Below, in pieces: positions 38,077 through 48,388 of a stretch of 64,000 bases of DNA. The DNA comes from a virus. The position numbers and the translations under genes are program-made. The notes under the pieces were generated by a model, which was given only the letters and a program-made list of their open reading frames with translations, was not told the origin of the DNA and searched no databases. Position 1 is the stretch's first letter. Every line of letters begins with the position of its first letter. The stretch spans positions 2,391-66,390 of IMG/VR virus record IMGVR_UViG_3300042879_002476; one strand, written 5' to 3'.

Positions 38077-39792
38077 ATGATTAATTCAGAATTACTAGAT
38101 ACTATATTATTAGAATGGTCTTACCGATTAAAAGATGGTATTCCAGATGTTAATGATGCATCAAAGGTTAAGATATTGAATGAAGTATTAATCGAATTTA
38201 ACTTACCTACTTTAGAGTCTTTATTGTTGGAAGATAAAACGGCTGAAGAATCGGAAGGTATGACAATTTATTTTAGTGGATTGACAGCTGATCAATTGAA
38301 ATTGGTAGATGAGTCATTGATATCTAAAAAACCTAAAATAAAACTTCCTACTACAGGATTATTAGTTCCAATTGATATTACTTATTATGGTAACGCAGCA
38401 ACTCCGGTTAAAGATTTAATCAAAAAATTTAATACTAGCAAACAATTAGATGAAAAAATAATATCTAGATTTGCTAATTCAGTATCAATGGCTAAATATA
38501 TACATTCTACTATTAATACTTCCGGAAATGTAATTTGCGATCGAGGGACCTTTTTCAAAACTGTAAAAGATCGAGCACATGATATAGGAAAAACAGCTGA
38601 TATTGGAGATTTGAGATCCGATAAATGGTGCCCAGCAGATATTTTTATTTACGCTGGAGGAGGGCCACCGGATTTATCTGAGAGTGATATCAATGAAATA
38701 ACATTTATTAACGTTAACGTAGAAGATTCTACTTGCTTGAATGAATTGTTTGTAGAATCGTTTACGCCACCACCTTCAAAGAAAATATTAGGCATATCAC
38801 TGAAAGAAGCATTAGCTCAAGGAGGAAAAGCTAAATCATTTACGTCTACATTGGAACGGAAAGATTTCCCACCTGACGTAGCTAAACTCACTGATGAACA
38901 AAATTTTGCAAAAAATATATCTTTTTATTTAGATTTTGTACTAAATAAATTCGATTCAAATAATGATTCCGATAGAGCTAGTACATTTTTATATGCGGCC
39001 GCTGCTCGAGATGAGATAAATAAATCAAAAAAAGCATCCGCGGCTTTAAACAAAATAGCTATTGATTTAGAATCTTATATAAATACTAACTTAGGAAAAT
39101 CAAATATATCGGGTAAGCAGGCCAAAGATTTATATAAACAAAATCCTAAAAAAATAAAAGTTCCTAATACATTAGCATCTAACGTTCAAACGTATTATGA
39201 ATCTGCACTAGACGATGCATACGACTTTTATATTAGTGCTAGAGAAAATTTATTTGCTGAATTAGAAAGCACGGGTAATTATGATTTAGATTCACGCACA
39301 ACACCTATTGCTAAATCAGATGTACAAGTACCGCCTTTAGAAAAAGACGACGCCCCGACTATACAATCACTACTAAAAAAAGGCGGATGTTATCAAGTAG
39401 CACAGGAATTAATTTTAGGACTGAGCTTAGAAGAATTCGGAATACCTGAACTATACAGTAACATATCTAAAGATACTAATGCGTTTGTTGCATTAACTGC
39501 TTTTGCTATTGGATATGCAGGTATTTCTCCTACATTTTTTAAATTGAACGGTACGAGCTCTGTACCAGGCATAGGTAAAAAAGAAAAGTTCGAAGGATCC
39601 GGGATTCTAACTCTGCCTGAAGATTCCGTGATTAAAATAATAGATACTCCTACATATAAAGGGTTCCGAGCTGTATTTACTGTAGACGTTAATGTCGACG
39701 GTAAAACTGAAAAAACGTATGAAATATCTTTAACTTTTAGATATTCTGAAATAACAATTAGCATTGAGAGCGCTGCTCCTAAAGAAAAATAA
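38077..39792 (+). CDS. Protein with putative PD-(D/E)xK-like nuclease domain
   Basis: DKWCPADIFIY...GISLKE motif pair after an L/E-rich N-terminal leader. Confidence 0.5.
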   Translation: MINSELLDTILLEWSYRLKDGIPDVNDASKVKILNEVLIEFNLPTLESLLLEDKTAEESEGMTIYFSGLTADQLKLVDESLISKKPKIKLPTTGLLVPIDITYYGNAATPVKDLIKKFNTSKQLDEKIISRFANSVSMAKYIHSTINTSGNVICDRGTFFKTVKDRAHDIGKTADIGDLRSDKWCPADIFIYAGGGPPDLSESDINEITFINVNVEDSTCLNELFVESFTPPPSKKILGISLKEALAQGGKAKSFTSTLERKDFPPDVAKLTDEQNFAKNISFYLDFVLNKFDSNNDSDRASTFLYAAAARDEINKSKKASAALNKIAIDLESYINTNLGKSNISGKQAKDLYKQNPKKIKVPNTLASNVQTYYESALDDAYDFYISARENLFAELESTGNYDLDSRTTPIAKSDVQVPPLEKDDAPTIQSLLKKGGCYQVAQELILGLSLEEFGIPELYSNISKDTNAFVALTAFAIGYAGISPTFFKLNGTSSVPGIGKKEKFEGSGILTLPEDSVIKIIDTPTYKGFRAVFTVDVNVDGKTEKTYEISLTFRYSEITISIESAAPKEK

Positions 39793-39795
39793 AAT

Positions 39796-41388
39796 ATGTC
39801 AACTCAGTTACGTGAAATAATCAAAGAAGAATACAAAAAGTGTGCCGCATCTCCGGTATACTTTATGAAAAAGTATTGTTACATTCAACACCCAACACGT
39901 GGTAAACTACTTTTTAATCTATATCCATTCCAAGAAAAAACATTAGAGCAATTTGATTTACATGATTATAATATCATTCTTAAATCGAGACAATTAGGTA
40001 TATCTACATTGACTGCTGGATATGCGTTATGGCTAATGTTATTTAAGGCCGATACAAACGTATTGGTAATTGCTACTAAACAAGATGTAGCTAAAAACTT
40101 GGTAACCAAAGTTAGGGTAATGTATGATAACTTACCTTCTTGGTTACGAGGTAATGAAAGACCGACAGCAAATAATAAATTAAGTCTTGAATTAGAAAAC
40201 GGTTCTAAGATTAAAGCAGTATCCTCAGCAGCTGACTCCGGTCGTTCCGAGGCATTGTCTCTTTTGATTATTGATGAGGTTGCGTTTATTGATGATAATA
40301 AAGTAGTTCCAATTTGGGCATCATCTCAACAGACGTTAGCAACTGGAGGTAAAGCAATCCTCCTTTCTACTCCTAATGGCACTGGTAACTTTTTCCATAA
40401 GACGTGGATAGACTCAGAAGCAGGTACTAACAAATTTAATACTATTAGATTGCCGTGGACAGTACATCCGGATAGAGATTTAAATTGGAGAAAGGAACAA
40501 GATGAACTATTGGGACCTAGACTTGCAGCACAAGAATGTGATTGTGATTTTTCAACATCAGGAAACACTGTTATTCCTATTGATGCTATCGATTGGTATG
40601 AACAAACCTACGGTAGAGATCCTATAGAAAAAAGAGGTATAGACGGAAATTTCTGGGTTTGGGAATCTGCAGATTACTCTAAAAACTATATAGTATCTTG
40701 CGACGTTGCACGTGGCGACAGTACTGACAATTCCACTATTCAAGTATTTGAAACCACTACTTTAGGACAGGTTGCCGAATATAAAGGACAATTAGGTACT
40801 AAAGATTTCGGTAATATGGCAGTAGCCATTGCCACCGAATACAATGATGCATTATTAGTAATTGAAAATGCTAATATTGGATGGGCAGCAATTCAACCTG
40901 CTATTGATAGAGGATATAAAAATCTTTATTATTCACATAAATCAGAAGATGTATTAAATGATCCTTTAAAACATTTGAAACGTGGATTTGATTTACGCGA
41001 TACTGCTGATATGGTTGCCGGATTTACCACTTCTACTAAAATACGTCCTATGATGATTAGTAAAGTAGAATTGTATATCCGAGAAAAAGGATTGATAATT
41101 AGAAGTAGGCGCACGTTAGATGAGTTACGCGTTTTTATTTGGAAAAACGGTAAACCTCAAGCACAATCCGGATATAATGATGACTTGGTAATGTCATTGT
41201 GTATTGGAGTGTGGGTACGTGATACTGCTTTACAATTGAGACAAATGGGATTGGAATTAAATAAGTCAATGTTAAATTCATTCACCAGAGTTGGAGGAGT
41301 ATATAGTCATCAAAACGGTACTCAATCAGATCCATGGAAATGGAAAGTGGACGGTAAAGATGAAAGTCTTGATTGGTTAATCCGATAA
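39796..41388 (+). CDS. gp17: Terminase large subunit (T4 gp17-like)
   Basis: LYPFQ; KSRQLGIST Walker A; LIIDEVAF Walker B; STPNG; DVARG and DDLVM nuclease acidic residues. Confidence 0.95.
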   Translation: MSTQLREIIKEEYKKCAASPVYFMKKYCYIQHPTRGKLLFNLYPFQEKTLEQFDLHDYNIILKSRQLGISTLTAGYALWLMLFKADTNVLVIATKQDVAKNLVTKVRVMYDNLPSWLRGNERPTANNKLSLELENGSKIKAVSSAADSGRSEALSLLIIDEVAFIDDNKVVPIWASSQQTLATGGKAILLSTPNGTGNFFHKTWIDSEAGTNKFNTIRLPWTVHPDRDLNWRKEQDELLGPRLAAQECDCDFSTSGNTVIPIDAIDWYEQTYGRDPIEKRGIDGNFWVWESADYSKNYIVSCDVARGDSTDNSTIQVFETTTLGQVAEYKGQLGTKDFGNMAVAIATEYNDALLVIENANIGWAAIQPAIDRGYKNLYYSHKSEDVLNDPLKHLKRGFDLRDTADMVAGFTTSTKIRPMMISKVELYIREKGLIIRSRRTLDELRVFIWKNGKPQAQSGYNDDLVMSLCIGVWVRDTALQLRQMGLELNKSMLNSFTRVGGVYSHQNGTQSDPWKWKVDGKDESLDWLIR

Positions 41389-41415
41389 TCTATATTTATA
41401 ATAAAATAACATATA

Positions 41416-43305
41416 ATGGCTGATCAAACTTTATTTAAAAGGTTAAAACGATTATTTTCTACTGATGTCATCATACGAAATGTAGGCGGTAACCAGATAA
41501 AAGTAGCTGATACCAATAGAATACAATCTATGGGTAATTTAGCTACCAATAATTTAATAGACAGATATACAAAACTATATAATACTAGAGTTCCAGTTTC
41601 CGGGTTTGCACCCGGAGAAGCTACTATGATTTACCGTAAAGAATTATTTACGGATTATGAAGCAATGGAAACTGATAGTATTATTGCTTCATATTTAGAT
41701 ATAGTAGCAGATGAATCAACGGTCCGTGATGAGTTTGGTGATACGTTGACTATTAGAAGTGATAATCCTAAAATAGCAAAAATATTACATAACCTATTTT
41801 ATGATATATTAAATATTGAATTTAATATGTGGCCATGGGTTAGAAATTTAGCTAAATATGGCGATTTCTTTTTACGTTTAAAATTAGTTGAAAAATTCGG
41901 TGTAATAGGAGTGGATCCGATTACAGCATTTCAAATGATTCGAGAAGAAGGTATCGATCCTAATAATGGCGATTATGTTAGATTTAAATGGGATCCTTCT
42001 GCAATGGGTAGTAGGCAATTTGTAAGTCATACTAGTCAGCAAGAAATTTATGAAAATTACGAGATAGCACATTTTAGATTGTTATCCGATACTAACTTTT
42101 TACCGTACGGTAAATCGATGTTAGAACCGGCTCGTAAAGTGTGGAAACAATTAACATTGATGGAAGACGCAATGTTAATTCATCGAGTAATGCGGTCACC
42201 TGAAAAACGAGTTTTTAAGATTGATGTTGGAAATATACCTCCGCACGAAGTGGATGCGTATATGCAAAAAATAATTAACAATACTAAAAAAATTCCATAT
42301 GTAGACCCGGTTACTGGAGATTATAATCTTAAGTTTAATATGATGAATATGACTGAAGATTTTTATGTGCCGGTAAGAGGTGGTGAAAGTGGTACTTCTA
42401 TTGATACTACAAAAGGATTAGATTATGATGGTATTACCGATGTAGAATATCTTAAGAATAGAATGTTAGCCGCTTTACGTGTACCTAAAGCATTTTTAAA
42501 TTATGAAGAAGGGGTATCCGGTAAAGCTACATTAGCAGCAGAAGACATTAGATTTTCAAGAACCATTGAAAGATTACAACGTATCGTAATATCAGAATTA
42601 TATAAAATTGCTATTGTGCATTTATATGTACAAGGATTCGAAGATGCAGAATTATTAGATTTTGAAATTTCAATGACAGCTCCTTCTACTATATATGAAA
42701 GAGAAAAAATTGAATTGTGGCAATCAAAAGTCAATCTAGCTAAAGATATGATAGAAAACGGATTAGCTTCTAAAGAATGGCTCTATAAAAATATCTTTAA
42801 TATGTCAGAAGATGCTTTAGCAGAACAAAACGAGAAAATACTTGATGATGCTAGATACATTTATAGACGTGAACAGATTAAATCCGAAGGTAATGATCCT
42901 ATAAAAACGGGTAAGTCATTCGGCACTGCTCATGATATCGCATCTATGTATAAAGGAGATGGTGGCATACCCGATGAATACAATGAAAAAATTCCTAAAA
43001 AGGGAGAAAATGATGTTAAATCCTCTGTTACTTCAGGACCAAAATTAGGTAGACCTGAAAAACATAGTACTTATGGCACACATTCGCACCCTTTGGGATA
43101 TGATCCTATAGGTGCTAAAGAAGTTAATAAAGTAACAAAAAGAATATCAGATGGGGTAGTAAAAAAGATGGTTAAAAACATTAATAGAAACATTAAAACT
43201 AAAAGCGTTTTAACTGAATCTATACAAACTCTTCCATCAAGTTCTAATGATTCTAAGCAAGAAAGTAACTTATTAAACGAAAATAATATTATTGATTTAG
43301 ATTAA
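41416..43305 (+). CDS. gp20: Portal protein (T4 gp20-like)
   Basis: LMEDAMLIHRVMRSPEKRVFKIDVGNIP, EDFYVPVRGG, ALRVPKAFL. Confidence 0.95.
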   Translation: MADQTLFKRLKRLFSTDVIIRNVGGNQIKVADTNRIQSMGNLATNNLIDRYTKLYNTRVPVSGFAPGEATMIYRKELFTDYEAMETDSIIASYLDIVADESTVRDEFGDTLTIRSDNPKIAKILHNLFYDILNIEFNMWPWVRNLAKYGDFFLRLKLVEKFGVIGVDPITAFQMIREEGIDPNNGDYVRFKWDPSAMGSRQFVSHTSQQEIYENYEIAHFRLLSDTNFLPYGKSMLEPARKVWKQLTLMEDAMLIHRVMRSPEKRVFKIDVGNIPPHEVDAYMQKIINNTKKIPYVDPVTGDYNLKFNMMNMTEDFYVPVRGGESGTSIDTTKGLDYDGITDVEYLKNRMLAALRVPKAFLNYEEGVSGKATLAAEDIRFSRTIERLQRIVISELYKIAIVHLYVQGFEDAELLDFEISMTAPSTIYEREKIELWQSKVNLAKDMIENGLASKEWLYKNIFNMSEDALAEQNEKILDDARYIYRREQIKSEGNDPIKTGKSFGTAHDIASMYKGDGGIPDEYNEKIPKKGENDVKSSVTSGPKLGRPEKHSTYGTHSHPLGYDPIGAKEVNKVTKRISDGVVKKMVKNINRNIKTKSVLTESIQTLPSSSNDSKQESNLLNENNIIDLD

Positions 43306-43352
43306 GTATATATAATTAAAAATTTGGTATATTTATTATAGATTAGATATGT

Positions 43353-44216
43353 TTGTATCTTTATATGAAAAAAATTAAGCACAGTAAAATAAAAAATACA
43401 GGAATCCTGTTTGAGTTATTGTCTACGCAGATAACCTCGGACATGATTAACAATAAAAAATCACCTGCTATCGATATTCTTAAGGAATATTTTAAGAAAG
43501 GTACAAACTTAAATAAAGAATTATCGTTATATCAAACTTTACTTAAAGAAAAGTTTTCTAATGAAGACAGGGCTAACCGCTTAATAGACGAAGTACTTAA
43601 ACTTAATAGAGAAATCAATAAAAGCTTACTAAAAAAAGAAAAATATAATTTAATACGGGAAATTAAAGCGCATTATGCGTTAGAAGATTTTGTTAAAAAT
43701 AAAATCAATAACTACAAAGTATATGCGTCGGTATATAAATTGTTAGAAAATAAAGATTTTACTTTTAGTCCTTCCGAAATAGTCACTTCCAGATTTACTT
43801 TAGTAGAGTTTATTACTTCTAAACCATCCGACGGTAAAACAGTAAGATCACATATTGTAGAAGAATTTTCTAAACATGATACTGAAGTTAGAAAACTAGC
43901 ATATAAAATTATTATTGATAAGTTTAATCAAAAATACCAAAAGTTAGGTATACGTGAAAAAACTTTATTGCGTGAATATATTAATACTATTTCGGATTCA
44001 CCTAAAATGAAGGAATATATTAATACTGAATTGTTGAATTCAAAAAAAGCAATAATTAAATTAAACAAATCGGTTTCAGATTCAGCAGTCAAAATTAAAT
44101 TAAACGAAGTTTCTAATATTATTGATTCTATAGTTTCTAAAAAGAAATTCGATGAATCTACTTTATTAACTGTACTTCATATCTATAAATTAGAAAACGA
44201 GTTAAAAACTTTATAA
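43353..44216 (+). CDS. Head-region hypothetical protein (start probably ATG 43365)
   Basis: Helical protein between portal and prohead protease. Confidence 0.65.
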   Translation: MYLYMKKIKHSKIKNTGILFELLSTQITSDMINNKKSPAIDILKEYFKKGTNLNKELSLYQTLLKEKFSNEDRANRLIDEVLKLNREINKSLLKKEKYNLIREIKAHYALEDFVKNKINNYKVYASVYKLLENKDFTFSPSEIVTSRFTLVEFITSKPSDGKTVRSHIVEEFSKHDTEVRKLAYKIIIDKFNQKYQKLGIREKTLLREYINTISDSPKMKEYINTELLNSKKAIIKLNKSVSDSAVKIKLNEVSNIIDSIVSKKKFDESTLLTVLHIYKLENELKTL

Positions 44217-44217
44217 A

Positions 44218-44826
44218 ATGAAAACTTCCGAATTAAGAGAAATAATTAGAAACTTTATTCATACGGAAATTAAACGGATGAAAGAAGCATCAACAACTGC
44301 TGGAGTACCTGGATACCTAACTCCTAAAGCATTTTCAAAAGATCCGGATGATAAATCGAATAGAGGTACTGAAATCGCAAAAAAGTTTGGATATAGCAAC
44401 GCAAAAGAAACTCATAAAAACTTTAAAGAGATTTGGGAAGCCAATCCTTTAAATGAAATTACTTATAAGGAGTATAAGAAAGCTCCTGGTATGAGTTCTA
44501 AGCATAAATTAAACAATGCTATTAAAGAGTGTAACCGTGCTTTATTTGAAATTGAAAGATATCTTAAACAAAATAAAAAATTAAGAGAAGAAGAGGGCCT
44601 TGGATTAAATGAATATTGGAAATCGACTGCTGTTAAACTAGTTAAAATGAATGAAAGATTAAAGAGTTTGCAGAAAGAAATTAAAAAGTTCGGATTAAAG
44701 GAGATTTTAAATCAAATTCAAGAAGATGAAAAGGCTAAAAAGGATTTTGATGGTGACGGCAAAGTAGAATCGCCTGAACAAGAGTATAAAGGATCAAAGG
44801 ATAAAGCCATTAAAAAAAATAAATAA
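44218..44826 (+). CDS. Head-region/core protein
   Basis: MKTSELREIIR leader; MKE-ASTTAGVPGYLTPKAF; C-terminal DFDGDG EF-hand-like loop. Confidence 0.6.
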   Translation: MKTSELREIIRNFIHTEIKRMKEASTTAGVPGYLTPKAFSKDPDDKSNRGTEIAKKFGYSNAKETHKNFKEIWEANPLNEITYKEYKKAPGMSSKHKLNNAIKECNRALFEIERYLKQNKKLREEEGLGLNEYWKSTAVKLVKMNERLKSLQKEIKKFGLKEILNQIQEDEKAKKDFDGDGKVESPEQEYKGSKDKAIKKNK

Positions 44827-45440
44827 TGAAACAAATAATTGTAGATTATATCCCATTTAAGGTTACTCCGCAACAAATTAATGAGTCTTTAAAAGAAAAC
44901 AACGGAAGAGTCATTGTAAAAGGAGTATTACAAAGAGCGGAATCTAAAAACCAAAATGGAAGGGTTTACCCCAAGCCTATCTTGGAAAGGGAAATTAAAA
45001 AATATTCTTCTACTAATATAGCACAGCGTAGAGCCTTAGGAGAATTAGACCATCCGGATAGTTCGGTAGTTAACTTAAATAATGTATCTCACAATATATT
45101 AGAAGTTCATTGGTCCGGTGATGATGTAATCGGCACTGTAGAAGTATTAAATACTCCTGCAGGCAAAATATTAAAAGAATTATTTGAGGCTGGTATTACT
45201 TTAGGAATCTCTTCTAGGGGTATGGGTAGTGTTAAAAACCTAGGTGAGAACACCGTAGAAGTCCAAGATGATTTCGAATTAATTGCATGGGACTTTGTAT
45301 CTAATCCAAGTACACAAGGTGCTTTCATGAATCCTGTGAATGAATCATTATCCCTAATGGATATGATGTACACCAATAAATATGATAAAGTAAATAAGAT
45401 TATAACCGATATTATCATATCACAGAATACTAAATTTTAA
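44826..45440 (+). CDS. gp21: Prohead core protease (T4 gp21-like)
   Basis: NQNGRVYP, LGELDHP, VSH, GISSRGMGS, DFVSNPS. Confidence 0.95.
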   Translation: MKQIIVDYIPFKVTPQQINESLKENNGRVIVKGVLQRAESKNQNGRVYPKPILEREIKKYSSTNIAQRRALGELDHPDSSVVNLNNVSHNILEVHWSGDDVIGTVEVLNTPAGKILKELFEAGITLGISSRGMGSVKNLGENTVEVQDDFELIAWDFVSNPSTQGAFMNPVNESLSLMDMMYTNKYDKVNKIITDIIISQNTKF

Positions 45441-45441
45441 T

Positions 45442-45786
45442 ATGAAACTCATTAATTTATTAAAAGAAGCTAAAGCTGTAAAGGAAGGAGCTAGTAAAAA
45501 TCCTAGAGTAAATAAATTTTTGGAAACTCTTAGAAATGCTCCCGGAACATTTGTTATGAATGAGTTATCGAAATTTGTAGACGATGGTATGCTATCTAAA
45601 GAAATAGAAAAAATTTATTCTAAGGCTGATAAGAGCGCAGCTAAATTAATCGAGGATCATATTACGGATATGGAACAAGCTCAAGTAGAAGAAAAACTTA
45701 CTAAATTAGAGACCATTAAAAAGAAAGCATCGGATATTCAGGATTCATTGACTTTAGAAACCAAAAAAAGCAAAAAGAAAAAATAA
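45442..45786 (+). CDS. Hypothetical head-region protein
   Basis: MKLINLLKE leader. Confidence 0.6.
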   Translation: MKLINLLKEAKAVKEGASKNPRVNKFLETLRNAPGTFVMNELSKFVDDGMLSKEIEKIYSKADKSAAKLIEDHITDMEQAQVEEKLTKLETIKKKASDIQDSLTLETKKSKKKK

Positions 45787-45787
45787 T

Positions 45788-46714
45788 ATGAAAAAGATTT
45801 TTTTAAACGAACAATCTATTAGATTCCAAAAATTAGCTAACTTAATTACTGAATCTGAATATTTGTCTTTACTTGAAGATGATGCTGCAGACCAAAAGGT
45901 TAAAGATATTTTGGGAGCTAGCTATCCTGAATTCGTACAAAAATTAGGAGATAACATTAAAGATCCTAAGTTTGTAGCTGCTATTGAAAAATTTTCAAAA
46001 GAAAATCCAGTACAGACATCAGATAAAAATGTTCCAGTTACGGAATTGCAGCCTACACAAAATGAAATTGATGTTAATAAATCGTTGATTTATCCTTTAA
46101 CCAATCCAAAATCTGCTTCTGAGTTATTAAAGGGTGGAGATGTGGCCATTGCAAGAAAAAAGATAGTAACTGCAGGTGGTGGTAAGTTTATCATCGACGG
46201 TCACCATAGATGGTCTCAAGCATATGTTATAAATCCTGAAATTTCAATAGCGGCATTGGATATTACTAATATTGATGATGGTATTGATGGTTTAAAAGCA
46301 ACACAAATGGGTATTGCCGCTTCCATTAAAAAAGTTCCCACCGCTAGTGTAAAGGGGTCTAACTTACTTAAGATGGGTGAGAATGAGTTAAAAGCATATG
46401 TTAAAGATACTATCACTAAAGAAGTGATGAAAGAATTTGTGAAAGCAGGAAAAGTTAAAGTTAATAGCAATAAAGATGCTGATAATTTAAGTGATAAAAA
46501 TTTAAATCAAGTTGCTAATTATATTTGGAATAATGTCAAGAAAATGCAAGGTAGTAATAAACCTGTGGACGGAGCTCCTAAAAGAGATATTATGCCTCAA
46601 ACTGACGATGCTCCTAAGTGGAAAGACAAAGCTCCTGCATTAGAGTCATATAAAAAAATAGATGGTTTATTAGCAGAATTAGTTAAAAAGAGCACTATTA
46701 AAAACAAAAAATAA
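45788..46714 (+). CDS. ParB/sulfiredoxin-like domain protein (candidate head cargo)
   Basis: ELQPTQNEI...FIIDGHHRW; N-terminal RFQKLAN. Confidence 0.7.
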   Translation: MKKIFLNEQSIRFQKLANLITESEYLSLLEDDAADQKVKDILGASYPEFVQKLGDNIKDPKFVAAIEKFSKENPVQTSDKNVPVTELQPTQNEIDVNKSLIYPLTNPKSASELLKGGDVAIARKKIVTAGGGKFIIDGHHRWSQAYVINPEISIAALDITNIDDGIDGLKATQMGIAASIKKVPTASVKGSNLLKMGENELKAYVKDTITKEVMKEFVKAGKVKVNSNKDADNLSDKNLNQVANYIWNNVKKMQGSNKPVDGAPKRDIMPQTDDAPKWKDKAPALESYKKIDGLLAELVKKSTIKNKK

Positions 46715-47289
46715 TGCCGTATTCATATAAAAAAGTCGGAGATAAATACTGCGTCTATAAAAAAGACAGCGGTGCTAAAGTAGGATGTACTTCTGGAAAC
46801 AAAGAAGCTTTAAAAAAATATTTAGCTGCTTTGCATATTCACGGTGAAAGTATATCTGAAGCCGATATTATGGATCCTAAAGAAAAAGAAGCTACTAAAT
46901 CTGCTATACAAAAAGATATTGAAGCTAAAAAATTGGCATTAAAAAACGCAGAAGATAAACTAAAGAATTTAAAAGAATTTAGTTTAGCTAAATATGTAAA
47001 AAGTATTTTAGAGGCAGATGATGAAGCCGCAACCACAGGAGAAGATCCGGAAGAAGCTCCAGATACTCCAGCTCCCGCGGATGATGCACAATCAGACAAA
47101 GATACTGAAAAAAAATCTTCTAAACAAGATTCTTTAGACGTAAAATTTAATATGGCAAAAGTAAAAAAATATAACAATTATCCTGTGATTGACAACACCG
47201 GTACTGTTACCGGCGTATCTAAAAACGGATTAATGGTTAAGGTAGGAGACAATATTATTTTAGTAAATTTTGAAGATTTATTGGACTAA
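46714..47289 (+). CDS. Hypothetical head-region protein, multi-segment
   Basis: Basic N-terminal mini-domain ending KYLAALHIHGE, ISE and ILE linkers, acidic tract, small beta C-terminus. Confidence 0.6.
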   Translation: MPYSYKKVGDKYCVYKKDSGAKVGCTSGNKEALKKYLAALHIHGESISEADIMDPKEKEATKSAIQKDIEAKKLALKNAEDKLKNLKEFSLAKYVKSILEADDEAATTGEDPEEAPDTPAPADDAQSDKDTEKKSSKQDSLDVKFNMAKVKKYNNYPVIDNTGTVTGVSKNGLMVKVGDNIILVNFEDLLD

Positions 47290-47309
47290 TTAAAACCAAT
47301 ATTTTGTAT

Positions 47310-47334
47310 AAGGCCCTTCTTTAGGGCCTTTTTT
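47310..47334 (+). terminator. Intrinsic terminator
   Basis: AAGGCCCT/AGGGCCTT stem with T-run. Confidence 0.8.
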
Positions 47335-47474
47335 ACATACTTTCAATTATTTGGTATATTTATAGTAAATACATTATTACCCCCTCGTAGCGGGTCTTAT
47401 AGATATAATGTAATTATTTTTAACGACTATTATAGTTTCCAATAACTATATTTCCAAAAAACTTAAAAAAAATT

Positions 47475-48356
47475 ATGGACAAACTCTTAAAAGAGGCTAT
47501 TGCCGATGCTAAAGCTGTACGTGAAACTGCTTTAGCAAATGCGAGACTTGCTTTAGAAGAAGCATTCGCACCAAAATTGCAGTCTATGTTAACTGCTAAA
47601 ATTAATGAAGAAGAAGATGAAATGGAAGATGAAGAAGAAACTACTGATGAAGTAATGTACGAAAAAGAAGATGCTGAAACCGAAGAAGAAATGGATGAAG
47701 CTAAGGGAGAAGGTGAAGAAGAAACCGAAGATGAAATGGATGAAACTTTAGATTTAGATTCTATTATTGCTGAATTAGAAAATGAAGCTAAAGGTGAAGA
47801 TGAAGAAGCAAAAGAAGAAGAAATGGACGAAGCTAAAGATTCAGATGATGACGAAGAAGTTGATCTTGCAGAATTATTATCCGTATTAGAAGGCGAAGAC
47901 GAAGATGAATCCGAAGAAAAAATGGATGAAGCAAAAGACGAAGAAGAAGAAAAAGAGAAAATGGATGAAATCCGCAGACTCCGTGCTGAATTACGTGAGT
48001 ATCGTCAAGCAGTAACTTTCTTAAAAGATAAGATCAATGAAATTAATCTTTTAAATGCTAAATTACTTTATACTAATAAATTATTTAAGAACAATTCTTT
48101 GACAGAGTCTCAGAAAGTTAAAATTCTTGAATCATTAGATAGAACTAAATCAGTTCGTGAAGTTAAATTAGTATATTCCACTTTGGCTGAATCTTTAAAT
48201 GAACTTAAAGGCTCTACTAAGAAAAAAATTACTGAGTCCTTAGGATTTGCTTCTAAAAAGAGTGGTAGTACCAACAAAACTATTTTAGAAGAAGGATCTA
48301 CATTAGCCTCTAGATTCCAAACTTTGGCTAATATTAATGTTAAAAAGAATAAATAA
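47475..48356 (+). CDS. Prohead core scaffolding protein (gp22-like)
   Basis: Directly upstream of the major capsid gene; highly acidic middle with MDEAK repeats; coiled-coil C-terminal half. Confidence 0.8.
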   Translation: MDKLLKEAIADAKAVRETALANARLALEEAFAPKLQSMLTAKINEEEDEMEDEEETTDEVMYEKEDAETEEEMDEAKGEGEEETEDEMDETLDLDSIIAELENEAKGEDEEAKEEEMDEAKDSDDDEEVDLAELLSVLEGEDEDESEEKMDEAKDEEEEKEKMDEIRRLRAELREYRQAVTFLKDKINEINLLNAKLLYTNKLFKNNSLTESQKVKILESLDRTKSVREVKLVYSTLAESLNELKGSTKKKITESLGFASKKSGSTNKTILEEGSTLASRFQTLANINVKKNK

Positions 48357-48388
48357 GTTAAACCGTTTAAACACAACATAAAAAAATT

